Position numbers and translations under genes: made by a program
Part shown: in pieces, positions 19,119 to 28,904 of the stretch
How the letters are laid out: every line of letters starts with the position of its first letter
How positions within the stretch are numbered: position 1 is the first letter of the stretch
DNA from: Spirochaetia bacterium
GTDB lineage: Bacteria; Spirochaetota; Spirochaetia; CADAEX01
Length of the DNA: 64,000 bases
Direction: 5' to 3'
NCBI GenBank assembly: GCA_963662795.1
Contig: OY759746.1
Span: 2,496,001 to 2,560,000 of the forward strand
Notes under the pieces: generated by a model
The model's database searches: none
Told to the model about the DNA's origin: nothing
What the model saw: only the letters and a program-made list of their open reading frames with translations

Positions 19119-20372
19119 ATGCAGGATATATACGGAATAAAAAACGAAGAAGAAAAACTTCTTGAAAGATTTTTAAGATATGTGAAGATAGAAACTACAT
19201 CTTCATCAGAATCTTCCTCAACCCCCTCAACAGCGTGCCAGTGGGATATTCTTAAGCTTCTTGAAAAGGAGCTCATCGAAACAGGACTTTCAGAAGTTGA
19301 GCTTGACGGAAACGGATATATAAGAGCGCTTATCCCACCATCTCCGGGATACGGGAATGTTCCTGTTATAGGATTTCTTGCCCATGCTGACACAGCTTCA
19401 GATGTATCAGGTAAAAATGTAAAGCCTCTTGTACACCGTAATTACAGCGGTGAACCCATAGAGCTTAAGGGCGCAAGGCTTGATCCTGAGGATTTCCCCT
19501 CTCTTTTAAAGTACAGGGGAGAGACGATAATTACTTCGGATGGAACTACTCTTCTCGGAGCGGACGACAAGGCAGGTGTTGCGGAGATAATGACAGCCGC
19601 AGATTTTCTTGTCAGCCATAAAGAGATAAAACATGGCCCTGTTGAAATATTTTTTACCCCGGATGAGGAAATAGGGCGTGGTATGTCTAAATTTCCCCTT
19701 GAAAAGGTAAAGTCGGTTTTCTGCTATACTCTTGACGGTGACGGTGAGGGGAATATTGAAACTGAATGTTTTAACGCCTGGGCTGTAAATATAAAAATAA
19801 AAGGGCGGGTCATACATCTCGGGTCGGCAAGGGGAAAGCTCGTAAACGCGGTTAAAATTGCATCAGAATTTGTTTCAATGCTGCCATCATCAGAAAGTCC
19901 TGAATCTACGGACGGGAGATTTGGATATTACTGCCCCCACAGCATAACCGGAACACTTGAAAAAGCTTCAGTTGAGCTCCTTTTGAGGGATTTTGACGGA
20001 ATGGGCATGAAAAAACGGATTAAAGCTGTAGAAGACACGGCAAAAGCGCTGGAAAACCTCTATCCCGGAAGCAAAGTGGAAACTGTATTTACCAAACAGT
20101 ACAGCAATATGATTGATTTCATTGGAAAAGAGAGCAGGGGATTAAAGCTCCTGTTTGACGCAGTCGGAAAATCGGGAGCACAGCCGGTTGAAAAGATAAT
20201 AAGGGGAGGCACGGACGGTGCGAGGTTAAGTGAAATGGGGATACCATGCCCGAATATTTTTACAGGCGGGCATAATTACCACAGCAGGGAAGAATGGGCT
20301 GTCCTTTCCTCAATGGTTAAGGCCTGTTCAACCATAGTTGCCCTTGCAGACCTGTGGACGTCTGAAAGATAA
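19119..20372 (+). CDS. pepT: Peptidase T (M20B tripeptidase)
   Basis: ERFLRYVKIET, AHADT, TTLLGADDKAG, TPDEEIG, IRGGTDGARLS, GGHNYHS. Confidence 0.95.
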   Translation: MQDIYGIKNEEEKLLERFLRYVKIETTSSSESSSTPSTACQWDILKLLEKELIETGLSEVELDGNGYIRALIPPSPGYGNVPVIGFLAHADTASDVSGKNVKPLVHRNYSGEPIELKGARLDPEDFPSLLKYRGETIITSDGTTLLGADDKAGVAEIMTAADFLVSHKEIKHGPVEIFFTPDEEIGRGMSKFPLEKVKSVFCYTLDGDGEGNIETECFNAWAVNIKIKGRVIHLGSARGKLVNAVKIASEFVSMLPSSESPESTDGRFGYYCPHSITGTLEKASVELLLRDFDGMGMKKRIKAVEDTAKALENLYPGSKVETVFTKQYSNMIDFIGKESRGLKLLFDAVGKSGAQPVEKIIRGGTDGARLSEMGIPCPNIFTGGHNYHSREEWAVLSSMVKACSTIVALADLWTSER

Positions 20373-20425
20373 AATGTTTGAAAAAAGAGCCGTAATATAT
20401 TAAACTATATATTGAGGTACTCTAT

Positions 20426-22207
20426 CTGAAACAATTTATTCTGGTAGTATTGTCAATTTTCCTCATTGCCTGTACAAATCCGATTGGATCAAATGATTCG
20501 GAAGAGGCTGTAACTGTATATACCATTAAAAACGGTTCAATCCTTGAAACAGGCTCAGCTCTCCCTGTTACTCTTGTCTATGATGAATCTGTAAGTGATT
20601 TTGACTACCTTATGATCTCTCTTTATGATGACGCGGGGACAGAACTTGCTGCAAATAAAATAAGTAAGAATACGATAGGAAACAACAGGAAAAAAGAGAT
20701 AGATTTGCCTGGAAATCTGGAAAAAGGGCTTTATCATATAAAATTTGAACTTCTGAAAGGCGATACTGCTGTTTTCAGCAGTGTGACAGATTTTTTCAGT
20801 GAAACCGGTAATTACGCTGTAAAAACAATGCTTTCCTATCCGCCTGATCCGGCTCCCGGAGAAAATGTCCTGCTGATTGCTGATTCCGTATACCCGGCAG
20901 GCCGTGACCCGTACTACAGATGGGAAATAAACGGAAAGATTGTACATGAAGGGCTGTTCTCCGCGGGGGGAAATAAATACAGCTGGAAAACAACCGCCAA
21001 TGAAGGTGCATTCCCTGTCAGAGTGGAAATGTTTCCGTTTGCCCCCTCCAAAGCTGTTTTTGATAATTTTATCTCACCGTTTTATAATGAATCCATTATT
21101 TTTGTTTCTGAATCAAACAGAAAAAGATTCAATGAATTCACTCCGGAAAGTTCATACAGCACACTTTTCCATTTCAGGGGAGAAATAACTGATTCCGGTT
21201 ATAATTCGATAAAAGGGGCGGCCGGCATTATTACAGGATCTCCGGCACTGGATTTCCGAAGCGGCATATATGGCTACTATTTTAAAAATGACGATTCCAT
21301 ATCCAGCCCTTCTTTGTCTGTTCCATTTTCCAAACAGGGAGAAATGCAGCCTTTCTCAATAAAATTCAGATTTTTGCCGGATTATTCCGCCGCTTTTTCA
21401 GAAAAACAGGGAACAATCCCTCTCTTTACAGCGATTTCTGACGACGGCATATTCAGACTTGTCTCAGGGTTCTCCGGAAGGGGTGAGTATTATCTCGAGC
21501 TTGTTTCGGGAGGCCGGAGGTTTATAAGCAGGACCTATGATTCAATATCCGCAACCGGCAGTATCATAAATCTTAATATATCGGTTTATCCTGACAGCGG
21601 CTCAAGCCTGATTGTCTGGATGATAAACGGAAAGACTGTACAAAAGGATAAAGCCCCGTTCCGGCCTGAAATTGAAAATACAAAGGGAAGAACTGTTATA
21701 GGCAGCAGTTTATACCCGCTTCTCATTGATGAGGCAGGAGTATTTACAAAAACATCAGACGGAAAATCTTCAGTTGATCCTGAGGCCTTTAAAAACTATA
21801 ATCTGGAAAAATTCGGCAACGACCTTATTTTTGCTGAAGGATTTGATAATAACCTAAATTTAAGGAATATCACTGTGTCGGGAACTCCCGAGATTAAGGG
21901 AGGCAGTGTGATACTTGATCCCGGGGAGATGATCCGAATCGGCGATCAGCTGCAGTTATCGGAAAATGTGGAAATAGCTGTATCGGGAAACTGTACGCTC
22001 ATTGTAAAAGACAGCGAAGGTAAAGTGACTGCATCAGGGGATTTTGACAATGCAGGTGAAAGTCTGATATTGGAGGCAAATCCTGAAGAGAGATATAATC
22101 TCTTCCTTGAAAACCGGGACCTAATCAGCTCCGGTTTTGCTGATGATATACTTGCAACAAGAATACCTGCTGATTCCGGAAACGGATTAAAACTTGAGAA
22201 AAACTGA
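20426..22207 (+). CDS. Putative lipoprotein with Ig-like and LamG/ConA-like regions (ORF-track start 20450; probable CTG start 20426)
   Basis: KQFILVVLSIFLIA-C lipoprotein signal; beta-rich; FSIKFRF...IDEAGVF resembles LamG by eye. Confidence 0.6.
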   Translation: MKQFILVVLSIFLIACTNPIGSNDSEEAVTVYTIKNGSILETGSALPVTLVYDESVSDFDYLMISLYDDAGTELAANKISKNTIGNNRKKEIDLPGNLEKGLYHIKFELLKGDTAVFSSVTDFFSETGNYAVKTMLSYPPDPAPGENVLLIADSVYPAGRDPYYRWEINGKIVHEGLFSAGGNKYSWKTTANEGAFPVRVEMFPFAPSKAVFDNFISPFYNESIIFVSESNRKRFNEFTPESSYSTLFHFRGEITDSGYNSIKGAAGIITGSPALDFRSGIYGYYFKNDDSISSPSLSVPFSKQGEMQPFSIKFRFLPDYSAAFSEKQGTIPLFTAISDDGIFRLVSGFSGRGEYYLELVSGGRRFISRTYDSISATGSIINLNISVYPDSGSSLIVWMINGKTVQKDKAPFRPEIENTKGRTVIGSSLYPLLIDEAGVFTKTSDGKSSVDPEAFKNYNLEKFGNDLIFAEGFDNNLNLRNITVSGTPEIKGGSVILDPGEMIRIGDQLQLSENVEIAVSGNCTLIVKDSEGKVTASGDFDNAGESLILEANPEERYNLFLENRDLISSGFADDILATRIPADSGNGLKLEKN

Positions 22208-22225
22208 TAAAATCCGGATATAACC

Positions 22226-23491
22226 ATGATAAAAAAAATATCTGTCTCCGCAATTCTGTTTTTTGCAGTGATTGCAACTGCTTCTGCATCAGAAACTTCT
22301 GAATTCAATATCGGGTACAGGGGATTAACCTGGGATGAATCACTTTCAGATGCCTTGACTGCTGATAAAAAAAATGAGGTCACATCATATCTCAATAATC
22401 AGTTTATACAAATACTGACCTCTTCCGGTCTTTTTGTTGTTTCAGAATCTCCTCAGGAAGAGGGAAAGCGTGAAGAGTATGCATCCGGGAATTATTCGCT
22501 TTTTCCTGTTATAACTGTTTTTAAGGAGGTTGAATCTGAAATAAGCGGGTATTTTTTCGATTGCCAGATAACCCTTACAGTCCGGAATGATTCAGATACA
22601 GAAGTGGAGACTGAAGTAAACCCGGAAGTTGAAGTACCCCCGGAGGTAAATGCTGACTTGAATACTGGATCTGACGGGAGCGCCTCTGAGGTTTTCTATC
22701 TCAAGCATATTGGCTCAGGAAAAAATTCCGCCATTGCCATGCAGAAGAGTCTTGAAGGAATAGTCGACCAGTTTGAATTTCTCCTTATCGGGTTTGAACA
22801 GTGGTCAGACAGTTTCAGGGTAATTGATATATACCAGGGTGCGGTTATAATAAATTCAGGTAAAAAGCGCGGCCTCCGTAAAGGGGATTTCCTCCATTCG
22901 TTTGATTACAAAAGCGGAAAAATAACGGGCGATTTCGTTGTAGAAAAAACTGATGGAGATATTTCATATGCCCGTATACTCAAGGTGAAAAAATATCCGA
23001 AAGCAGGCGATCCTCTCCGTCTGGATGATTTTATCGGTTTTTCAGTAAACGGATATACGGATTATTTCTCAGGTGGAGAATTTTCAGGTTACACATCAGG
23101 TGTCAGCCTGCTATGGAGTGGCGGCCTTTATGTTTTTCATCCTCTTGCCGGATTTGAATATTTCAGCATAAAAGATATAAATGATGCCTTTATTGATATT
23201 CTTATCCCCTATGGCGGGTTTAAAATTGTAAGGCATATAGGGGCAATGACATTATCTTCCCTGATAACCGCAGGTGCTGGGTATGTCTCTGATTCAGATC
23301 TTCTTGGCACTGAATACCGGGGGTGGCAGTATAAGGGGGGAACAGTAAAGGCCTCGGTAGAAAGAAGATTCGGGAATCGTTTCTCTGTTTTTGCGGAAGC
23401 CGGATATTCATACTGGTATTCAGATGATGTTAGAGAGCTCACTGATATTGCCGGGTTTCTGGCGGGCGGGGGAGTGAGCGTAAAGTTTTAG
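22226..23491 (+). CDS. Hypothetical exported protein with probable C-terminal outer-membrane beta-barrel
   Basis: Signal peptide ending ASA; VIINSGKKRGLRKGD FlgT-C-like segment; amphipathic strands ending GGGVSVKF. Confidence 0.55.
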   Translation: MIKKISVSAILFFAVIATASASETSEFNIGYRGLTWDESLSDALTADKKNEVTSYLNNQFIQILTSSGLFVVSESPQEEGKREEYASGNYSLFPVITVFKEVESEISGYFFDCQITLTVRNDSDTEVETEVNPEVEVPPEVNADLNTGSDGSASEVFYLKHIGSGKNSAIAMQKSLEGIVDQFEFLLIGFEQWSDSFRVIDIYQGAVIINSGKKRGLRKGDFLHSFDYKSGKITGDFVVEKTDGDISYARILKVKKYPKAGDPLRLDDFIGFSVNGYTDYFSGGEFSGYTSGVSLLWSGGLYVFHPLAGFEYFSIKDINDAFIDILIPYGGFKIVRHIGAMTLSSLITAGAGYVSDSDLLGTEYRGWQYKGGTVKASVERRFGNRFSVFAEAGYSYWYSDDVRELTDIAGFLAGGGVSVKF

Positions 23492-23533
23492 TATATTGAA
23501 ACCCTTCTTTCTTTAAGCTATTCTGCTAAGGAT

Positions 23534-24898
23534 ATGAAATATTATGAATATGATACCGATGACATGATTGCAGCGCTCGCAACGCCATGGGGAGAGAGTG
23601 CGCTTGCTGTTATCAGGACCTCAGGTGATGGATGTATAGATACCTTGTCTTCCTGTTTCAGGGGAAAGGACAACCTTTCAGACTCAGACGGCTATTCACT
23701 GCATTATGGCAGGATAATTGATCCTGATACAGGAAATACGGTGGATCAGGTTGTTGCGGGAGTCTACAGAAAACCAAGGAGCTATACAGGACAGGATATG
23801 GTTGAGATTTTCTGCCACGGCAGTATGCCGGGAATTACAGGCATTCTTGATGCCCTCCGTATTAAGGGTTTCAGGGATGCAGCTCCGGGAGAGTTTACTC
23901 TAAGGGCATTTCTTAACGGAAAAATGGACCTGACCGGTGCCGAGGCTGTCAACGAGATTATCAGGGCAAAATCGCCGCAGGCAATGGGGCTTGCCCTTGA
24001 AAGACTTTCAGGTTCTGTCTTTAACAGCATAAACAGTATTAAAACACTTGTTTCTGAGATACTTGCCGAGATTGAGCTCCAGCTCGATTATGCGGAAGAT
24101 GAGGCAGACCCCGAAGCAGTTTTAAGTACCGGTAAAATTGAAACTGCACTCTCCGGCCTGAAGGAGCTTGCCTCTACCTACAGGATCGGAAAAGTTCTTC
24201 AGGAAGGGGTCCGGACCGTTCTTACAGGACGGACAAACGCGGGGAAATCATCGCTCTTTAACCTTTTAAACCGGGCGGAGAGGGCCATTGTTTCCGAGTA
24301 TCATGGAACTACAAGGGACTATATTGAATCTTTGCTTGTTATAAGCGGCATTCCTGTCAAACTCTATGACACGGCAGGGATACGGGTTTCCGATCATCCG
24401 GTAGAAGCGGAAGGCATTAAAAAAAGCGGAGAAATCATAGAAGCATCTGATATCATAGTATACCTTGTTGACGGAATCGACGGCCTTACTGATGAGGACA
24501 GAAAAAGAATAGACCTTCTTGACAGGAAAAAACTCATCAAAGTCTGGAATAAATCAGATATAAGCACAAAGGAAATTCCTGAAGATTATATTGCTGTCAG
24601 TTCGCTTACAGGTTCAGGACTTGATGAACTTGAGAGGGAAATAGTTTCCAGGGCAGGGGCTGGAAATATTATGCTTGATGACAGGGCTGTAATTGATTCG
24701 CAGCGGCAGAAGACCCTGATTGACAGTGCCCTTTTATCACTTGAAAATTCACGCTCTGCGATAAGGGGCAGCATGCCTCTTGATGTTGTAGCTGTGGATA
24801 TAAAGGAAGCGCTTGACAGTCTCGGGGAAATTACAGGGGAAATAACAACAGCAGATATTCTTGATCTCATGTTTTCACGATTTTGTGTAGGAAAATAG
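23534..24898 (+). CDS. mnmE: tRNA modification GTPase
   Basis: IAALATP, GEFTLRAFLNGKMDL, GRTNAGKSS, GTTRD, DTAG, terminal FSRFCVGK. Confidence 0.97.
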   Translation: MKYYEYDTDDMIAALATPWGESALAVIRTSGDGCIDTLSSCFRGKDNLSDSDGYSLHYGRIIDPDTGNTVDQVVAGVYRKPRSYTGQDMVEIFCHGSMPGITGILDALRIKGFRDAAPGEFTLRAFLNGKMDLTGAEAVNEIIRAKSPQAMGLALERLSGSVFNSINSIKTLVSEILAEIELQLDYAEDEADPEAVLSTGKIETALSGLKELASTYRIGKVLQEGVRTVLTGRTNAGKSSLFNLLNRAERAIVSEYHGTTRDYIESLLVISGIPVKLYDTAGIRVSDHPVEAEGIKKSGEIIEASDIIVYLVDGIDGLTDEDRKRIDLLDRKKLIKVWNKSDISTKEIPEDYIAVSSLTGSGLDELEREIVSRAGAGNIMLDDRAVIDSQRQKTLIDSALLSLENSRSAIRGSMPLDVVAVDIKEALDSLGEITGEITTADILDLMFSRFCVGK

Positions 24899-24911
24899 CA
24901 GGTAAATAAAT

Positions 24912-26771
24912 ATGGATTTTGATGCAATTGTAATCGGCGGCGGACATGCCGGAATAGAAGCCGGCCTTGCCCTTGCAAGGCTTTCATACAGGACTCTCTT
25001 TATAACCCAGAATGTAGATACAATAGGAAAGTTGTCGTGCAACCCTGCAGTGGGGGGCCTTTCAAAAGGCAATATTGTCCGTGAAGTGGATGCCCTCGGT
25101 GGTGAAATGGCAAACCTGATTGACAGTACAATGATCCAGTTCAGGATGCTGAATAAAAGCAGGGGGCCGGCTGTCCAGGCGCCGAGAGCTCAGGCTGATA
25201 AATTCGCCTATAACCAGCTTGCGAAATGGACACTGGAAAGGCAGGACAATCTGCAGCTCTTTCAGGATACAGTGACGGATTTTATCTTAAACAGCAGCGG
25301 GAATAAAATCAAAGGGGTCGTAACAGAAAGGGGCCGGAGATTTACAGCAAATGCTGTCGTTCTTACAACAGGCACTTTCCTTGAAGGAATGATATTTATC
25401 GGCGATTATACTTCTGTCTCGGGCAGGATAGGCGAACCTGCCGCTTTGGGTCTTGGAGTAAATTTACGGAAAATGGGGTTTTCTGTAGGGAGGCTCAAGA
25501 CAGGAACCCCAGCGAGGGTCAGAAGGGGTTCCCTGGATTTCAGTAAAATGGAGAGGCAGGAGGGAGACGGTGAAATTATCCCTTTTTCATTCAGCAGGGA
25601 GAATGTTGAAAGGCCGCAGCTGCCGTGCCATATAACTTACACCAATGAAAAGACACACCAGATAATCAGGGATAATATAGGAAGATCGCCCCTGTTCGGG
25701 GGGAAAATATCAGGAAAAGGACCCCGCTACTGCCCCTCAATTGAGGACAAGGTTGTAAGATTTCCAGACAAGCTGCGCCATCAGGTATTTGTCGAGCCGG
25801 AAGGGCTTGAGTCGGAAGAGATGTATCTTAACGGAATTTCATCCTCCCTCCCGGAAGATGTACAGGAAGCATTTCTTAAAACCCTTCCCGGGCTTGAAAA
25901 AGTTGAAGTTATAAGGCCCGGATATGCGGTAGAATATGATTTTATCGATCCGAGACAGCTGAGACCTTGCCTGATGACTAAAAAAATCGAAGGACTTTTT
26001 GTTGCCGGACAAACAAACGGCACTTCCGGATATGAGGAAGCTGCCTGCCAGGGGCTTATGGCAGGAATAAACGCATCGCTTTATCTTGCGGGGCGTGAGC
26101 CTTTTATCCTTGGCAGGACGGAGGCGTATACCGGCGTACTGATTGATGATCTTGTTACTCTCGGGACAGAAGAACCTTACAGAATGTTTACTTCAAGGGC
26201 TGAGCACCGGCTTTCTCTCCGCCACGATACAGCAGACCGGAGGCTGATGCCTAAATCGAAGGAGATAGGACTGCTTGGGAATGAAGCCTGGGAAAAATTT
26301 CAGGAAAAGCTGTCCAGGACTGATGAGGTCCGGGAACTTTTGCGTCAGAGAAGGGTAACCGAAAGCGCAATTAAAACGGTTGAAGGGGATTTATACGCTG
26401 TTTTAAAGAAGCATATAGGAAAAACCTATGAACAGACAATAAAAGATCCGGATGTGACAATAGAGACTTTCAGAAATTTTGATGATGTAATAGACGGAAC
26501 AAGGAAGGAATGGCTTTCACTGATTGAGCTTGATATCAAATACGAAGGATATATAGACAGACAGGAGCGGCAGGTAAAACGGTTTGAAAAAATGGAAAAA
26601 ATGAAAATCCCCGATAATTTCAACTACGATACTGTAGACGGGATATCGACAGAATCAAGGCAGAAATTCAAGGCGATAATGCCTGCGACAATCGGGCAGG
26701 CAACGAGAATATCAGGTGTAAGGAATTCCGATATTGCCGTACTTATGATCTATCTCGGGAGAAAAAAGTGA
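24912..26771 (+). CDS. mnmG: tRNA uridine-5-carboxymethylaminomethyl synthesis enzyme (GidA)
   Basis: GGGHAGIEA, SCNPAVGG, RLKTGTPAR, GPRYCPSIEDK, GTSGYEEAA. Confidence 0.97.
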   Translation: MDFDAIVIGGGHAGIEAGLALARLSYRTLFITQNVDTIGKLSCNPAVGGLSKGNIVREVDALGGEMANLIDSTMIQFRMLNKSRGPAVQAPRAQADKFAYNQLAKWTLERQDNLQLFQDTVTDFILNSSGNKIKGVVTERGRRFTANAVVLTTGTFLEGMIFIGDYTSVSGRIGEPAALGLGVNLRKMGFSVGRLKTGTPARVRRGSLDFSKMERQEGDGEIIPFSFSRENVERPQLPCHITYTNEKTHQIIRDNIGRSPLFGGKISGKGPRYCPSIEDKVVRFPDKLRHQVFVEPEGLESEEMYLNGISSSLPEDVQEAFLKTLPGLEKVEVIRPGYAVEYDFIDPRQLRPCLMTKKIEGLFVAGQTNGTSGYEEAACQGLMAGINASLYLAGREPFILGRTEAYTGVLIDDLVTLGTEEPYRMFTSRAEHRLSLRHDTADRRLMPKSKEIGLLGNEAWEKFQEKLSRTDEVRELLRQRRVTESAIKTVEGDLYAVLKKHIGKTYEQTIKDPDVTIETFRNFDDVIDGTRKEWLSLIELDIKYEGYIDRQERQVKRFEKMEKMKIPDNFNYDTVDGISTESRQKFKAIMPATIGQATRISGVRNSDIAVLMIYLGRKK

Positions 26772-27400
26772 AAGAGCTTTTTGCTTCAGGTCTTGATAAG
26801 CTCGGGATTCCCTTTACCGCCAAACAGTTTGACACTCTTGTGAAATTTTACAGTGAACTTTCTGTCTGGAACAGAAAGAGCGGTTTTGTAAAGGCTGAGG
26901 GAAAAGACCTGGTTATCCGTCATTTTTTTGATTCACTTGCCGGCGTCAGGCTGTTGTCAGGAATGGATTTTAAAACTGCTGCCGATATAGGAACAGGGGC
27001 CGGGTTTCCCGGAATTCCTCTCTCTATCTTTTTTCCTGATAAAAAGTTTACACTGGTTGAAAGGTCCGCCAAAAAGAGTGATTTTCTGAATAATTGCAGG
27101 GTGCTTTTTTCACTGGATAATGTGGATATAGCAGAATCGGAACTTGAGAATATCAGCGATAAGTTTGATCTTGTTGCTTTCAGGGCATTCAGGAATTTTA
27201 ACGATTATTATAAAAAGCTTTTTTCAATACTTGCAGAGGACGGCTCAATTTTTGCCTACAAGGGAATAAAGGATAACGTAGAAGCGGAACTTGATGAGGC
27301 AGGAATAGAGGTTTATAAAATACACAAGGTACAGGTTCCATTCATGACAGAAGAAAGGCACATCGTTATTATAAGAAAAGAAGATTTAATCCCTTCCTGA
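26768..27400 (+). CDS. rsmG: 16S rRNA m7G527 methyltransferase (GidB)
   Basis: RHFFDSL and DIGTGAGFPGIPL motifs; follows mnmG. Confidence 0.94.
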   Translation: MKELFASGLDKLGIPFTAKQFDTLVKFYSELSVWNRKSGFVKAEGKDLVIRHFFDSLAGVRLLSGMDFKTAADIGTGAGFPGIPLSIFFPDKKFTLVERSAKKSDFLNNCRVLFSLDNVDIAESELENISDKFDLVAFRAFRNFNDYYKKLFSILAEDGSIFAYKGIKDNVEAELDEAGIEVYKIHKVQVPFMTEERHIVIIRKEDLIPS

Positions 27401-28750
27401 AACCCTGTTCAGAATGGAAAGAAGTTCTTTGTTCCCGATTAGATCGATAGTCCTTGCTTCAACAAATTTTACAGCGGTTTCCGTGTATGACCCTGCGGAA
27501 ATACAGTAGGATTTACCTGCCCTTACATCTTTGCTTTTGAAATAAAGATCTCTCAGCATAAGGTCTCCGACAGATGCCGTTGTCCGTATAAACCGGAAAA
27601 GTACTATATCCTCCACCTGTGCGGAGTTTACCTCAGTTACTATATCCACATAGTCATTTTTGGCGGCTGTAATATCAGTTATCTTTAAATGCGTTTTGGG
27701 GTAGAATAACGGAGCTATATTCCTGCAAAGATTTACAAACTCGGATGTCGGCGATATAAGATATGTTTTAAGGTTTTTGTTTTCTGCGAGTTCACTGTAC
27801 TTTAATTTAAGACCGTTTATATCTTTATACTCGGGGTTTATCCCGATCAGGATATCAATTATTTTAAGGGCGGCATTAAGCTTGTTTTCTTTAATATATG
27901 TTGATACAAGCACATATAAAAGTTCAAGCCTTACATCCGGCGGTATCTCTTTGTGTTTGAGACCGATTTGAAGGTCTTCAACAGCTTTTTCATAATTCCT
28001 TTTCTTCATATTGATTCTGCCGGTTTCAAGGCATGACTGGGGACCGTACTGAGGGTCAGGGCGGAGATGGAAAAAAATTCTGTAGGCATTCTCAATCTGT
28101 CCGGTTTCATTATAGGCTTGTCCAAGAAAAAAAAGGATTTCCTTATCCCCCGGAGTAATTTCGTAACTTTTCTTTAAATAGGATATCGCGTCCTTGTACC
28201 TGCCCATGAAAAAGAGTATTTTCCCCATGTACTGGACAGTCGTGGTGTGGTCCGGAAGAAGATGTCTCGCCGCAGTAAAAAGCAGTAACGCCTTTTCATA
28301 ATTTTTTCTGTCAAATTCAATTACCCCGAGATTATAATTGATTTCAAAAATGTCCTTATTAATGGATCGGGCATATGCAAAGTACTTGTATGCTTCATCA
28401 GTTCTGCCGGTCTTCAGGGCGGAAACAGCATATTTGTAAACAATATCGAATTCATCAAGCGATGAATTCGTGCCTGTCTGATCAAGAAGTATTTTTAATA
28501 AATGAAGTGATTTGTCATACATTTCTTCTGAATAATAAAGGTCGGCAAGGTCGGAAATAGCCTGCGCATCTTTAGGGTTCTGTTCCAGTCTTCTGTTTGC
28601 AGATTTTATAATCGCGTTTCTGTCTTTATTTTTTGAAGTTGAACTGATTATTCCGCCGGATGATAAATTTTTTATAAAAGATATTATCAATATTGCCACA
28701 GCTGCCACAGCTGCCGCAATTATAATTACAATAAAAAGTAAAAAGTTCAT
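27386..28750 (-). CDS. Membrane-anchored TPR protein with a C-terminal restriction-endonuclease-like (Mrr-like) domain
   Basis: N-terminal TM helix, many TPR units (e.g. INYNLGVIEFDRKNYEKA), tail EFVNLC...ISAGSYTETAVKFVEARTIDLIG. Confidence 0.7.
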   Translation of the reverse strand: MNFLLFIVIIIAAAVAAVAILIISFIKNLSSGGIISSTSKNKDRNAIIKSANRRLEQNPKDAQAISDLADLYYSEEMYDKSLHLLKILLDQTGTNSSLDEFDIVYKYAVSALKTGRTDEAYKYFAYARSINKDIFEINYNLGVIEFDRKNYEKALLLFTAARHLLPDHTTTVQYMGKILFFMGRYKDAISYLKKSYEITPGDKEILFFLGQAYNETGQIENAYRIFFHLRPDPQYGPQSCLETGRINMKKRNYEKAVEDLQIGLKHKEIPPDVRLELLYVLVSTYIKENKLNAALKIIDILIGINPEYKDINGLKLKYSELAENKNLKTYLISPTSEFVNLCRNIAPLFYPKTHLKITDITAAKNDYVDIVTEVNSAQVEDIVLFRFIRTTASVGDLMLRDLYFKSKDVRAGKSYCISAGSYTETAVKFVEARTIDLIGNKELLSILNRVSGRD

Positions 28751-28904
28751 ATGTCATTATGGTATAATCACTAAATCATTGTCAATAAAATAAATTATTG
28801 ACAAAATATGTACGCAGCTATAGGCTTTATATATAAGGGAACCAACCGAAGGAATTGTGGTTCCCTGAATATTTCAGTTATGCTGATATTTTGGAGGCAG
28901 TAAC

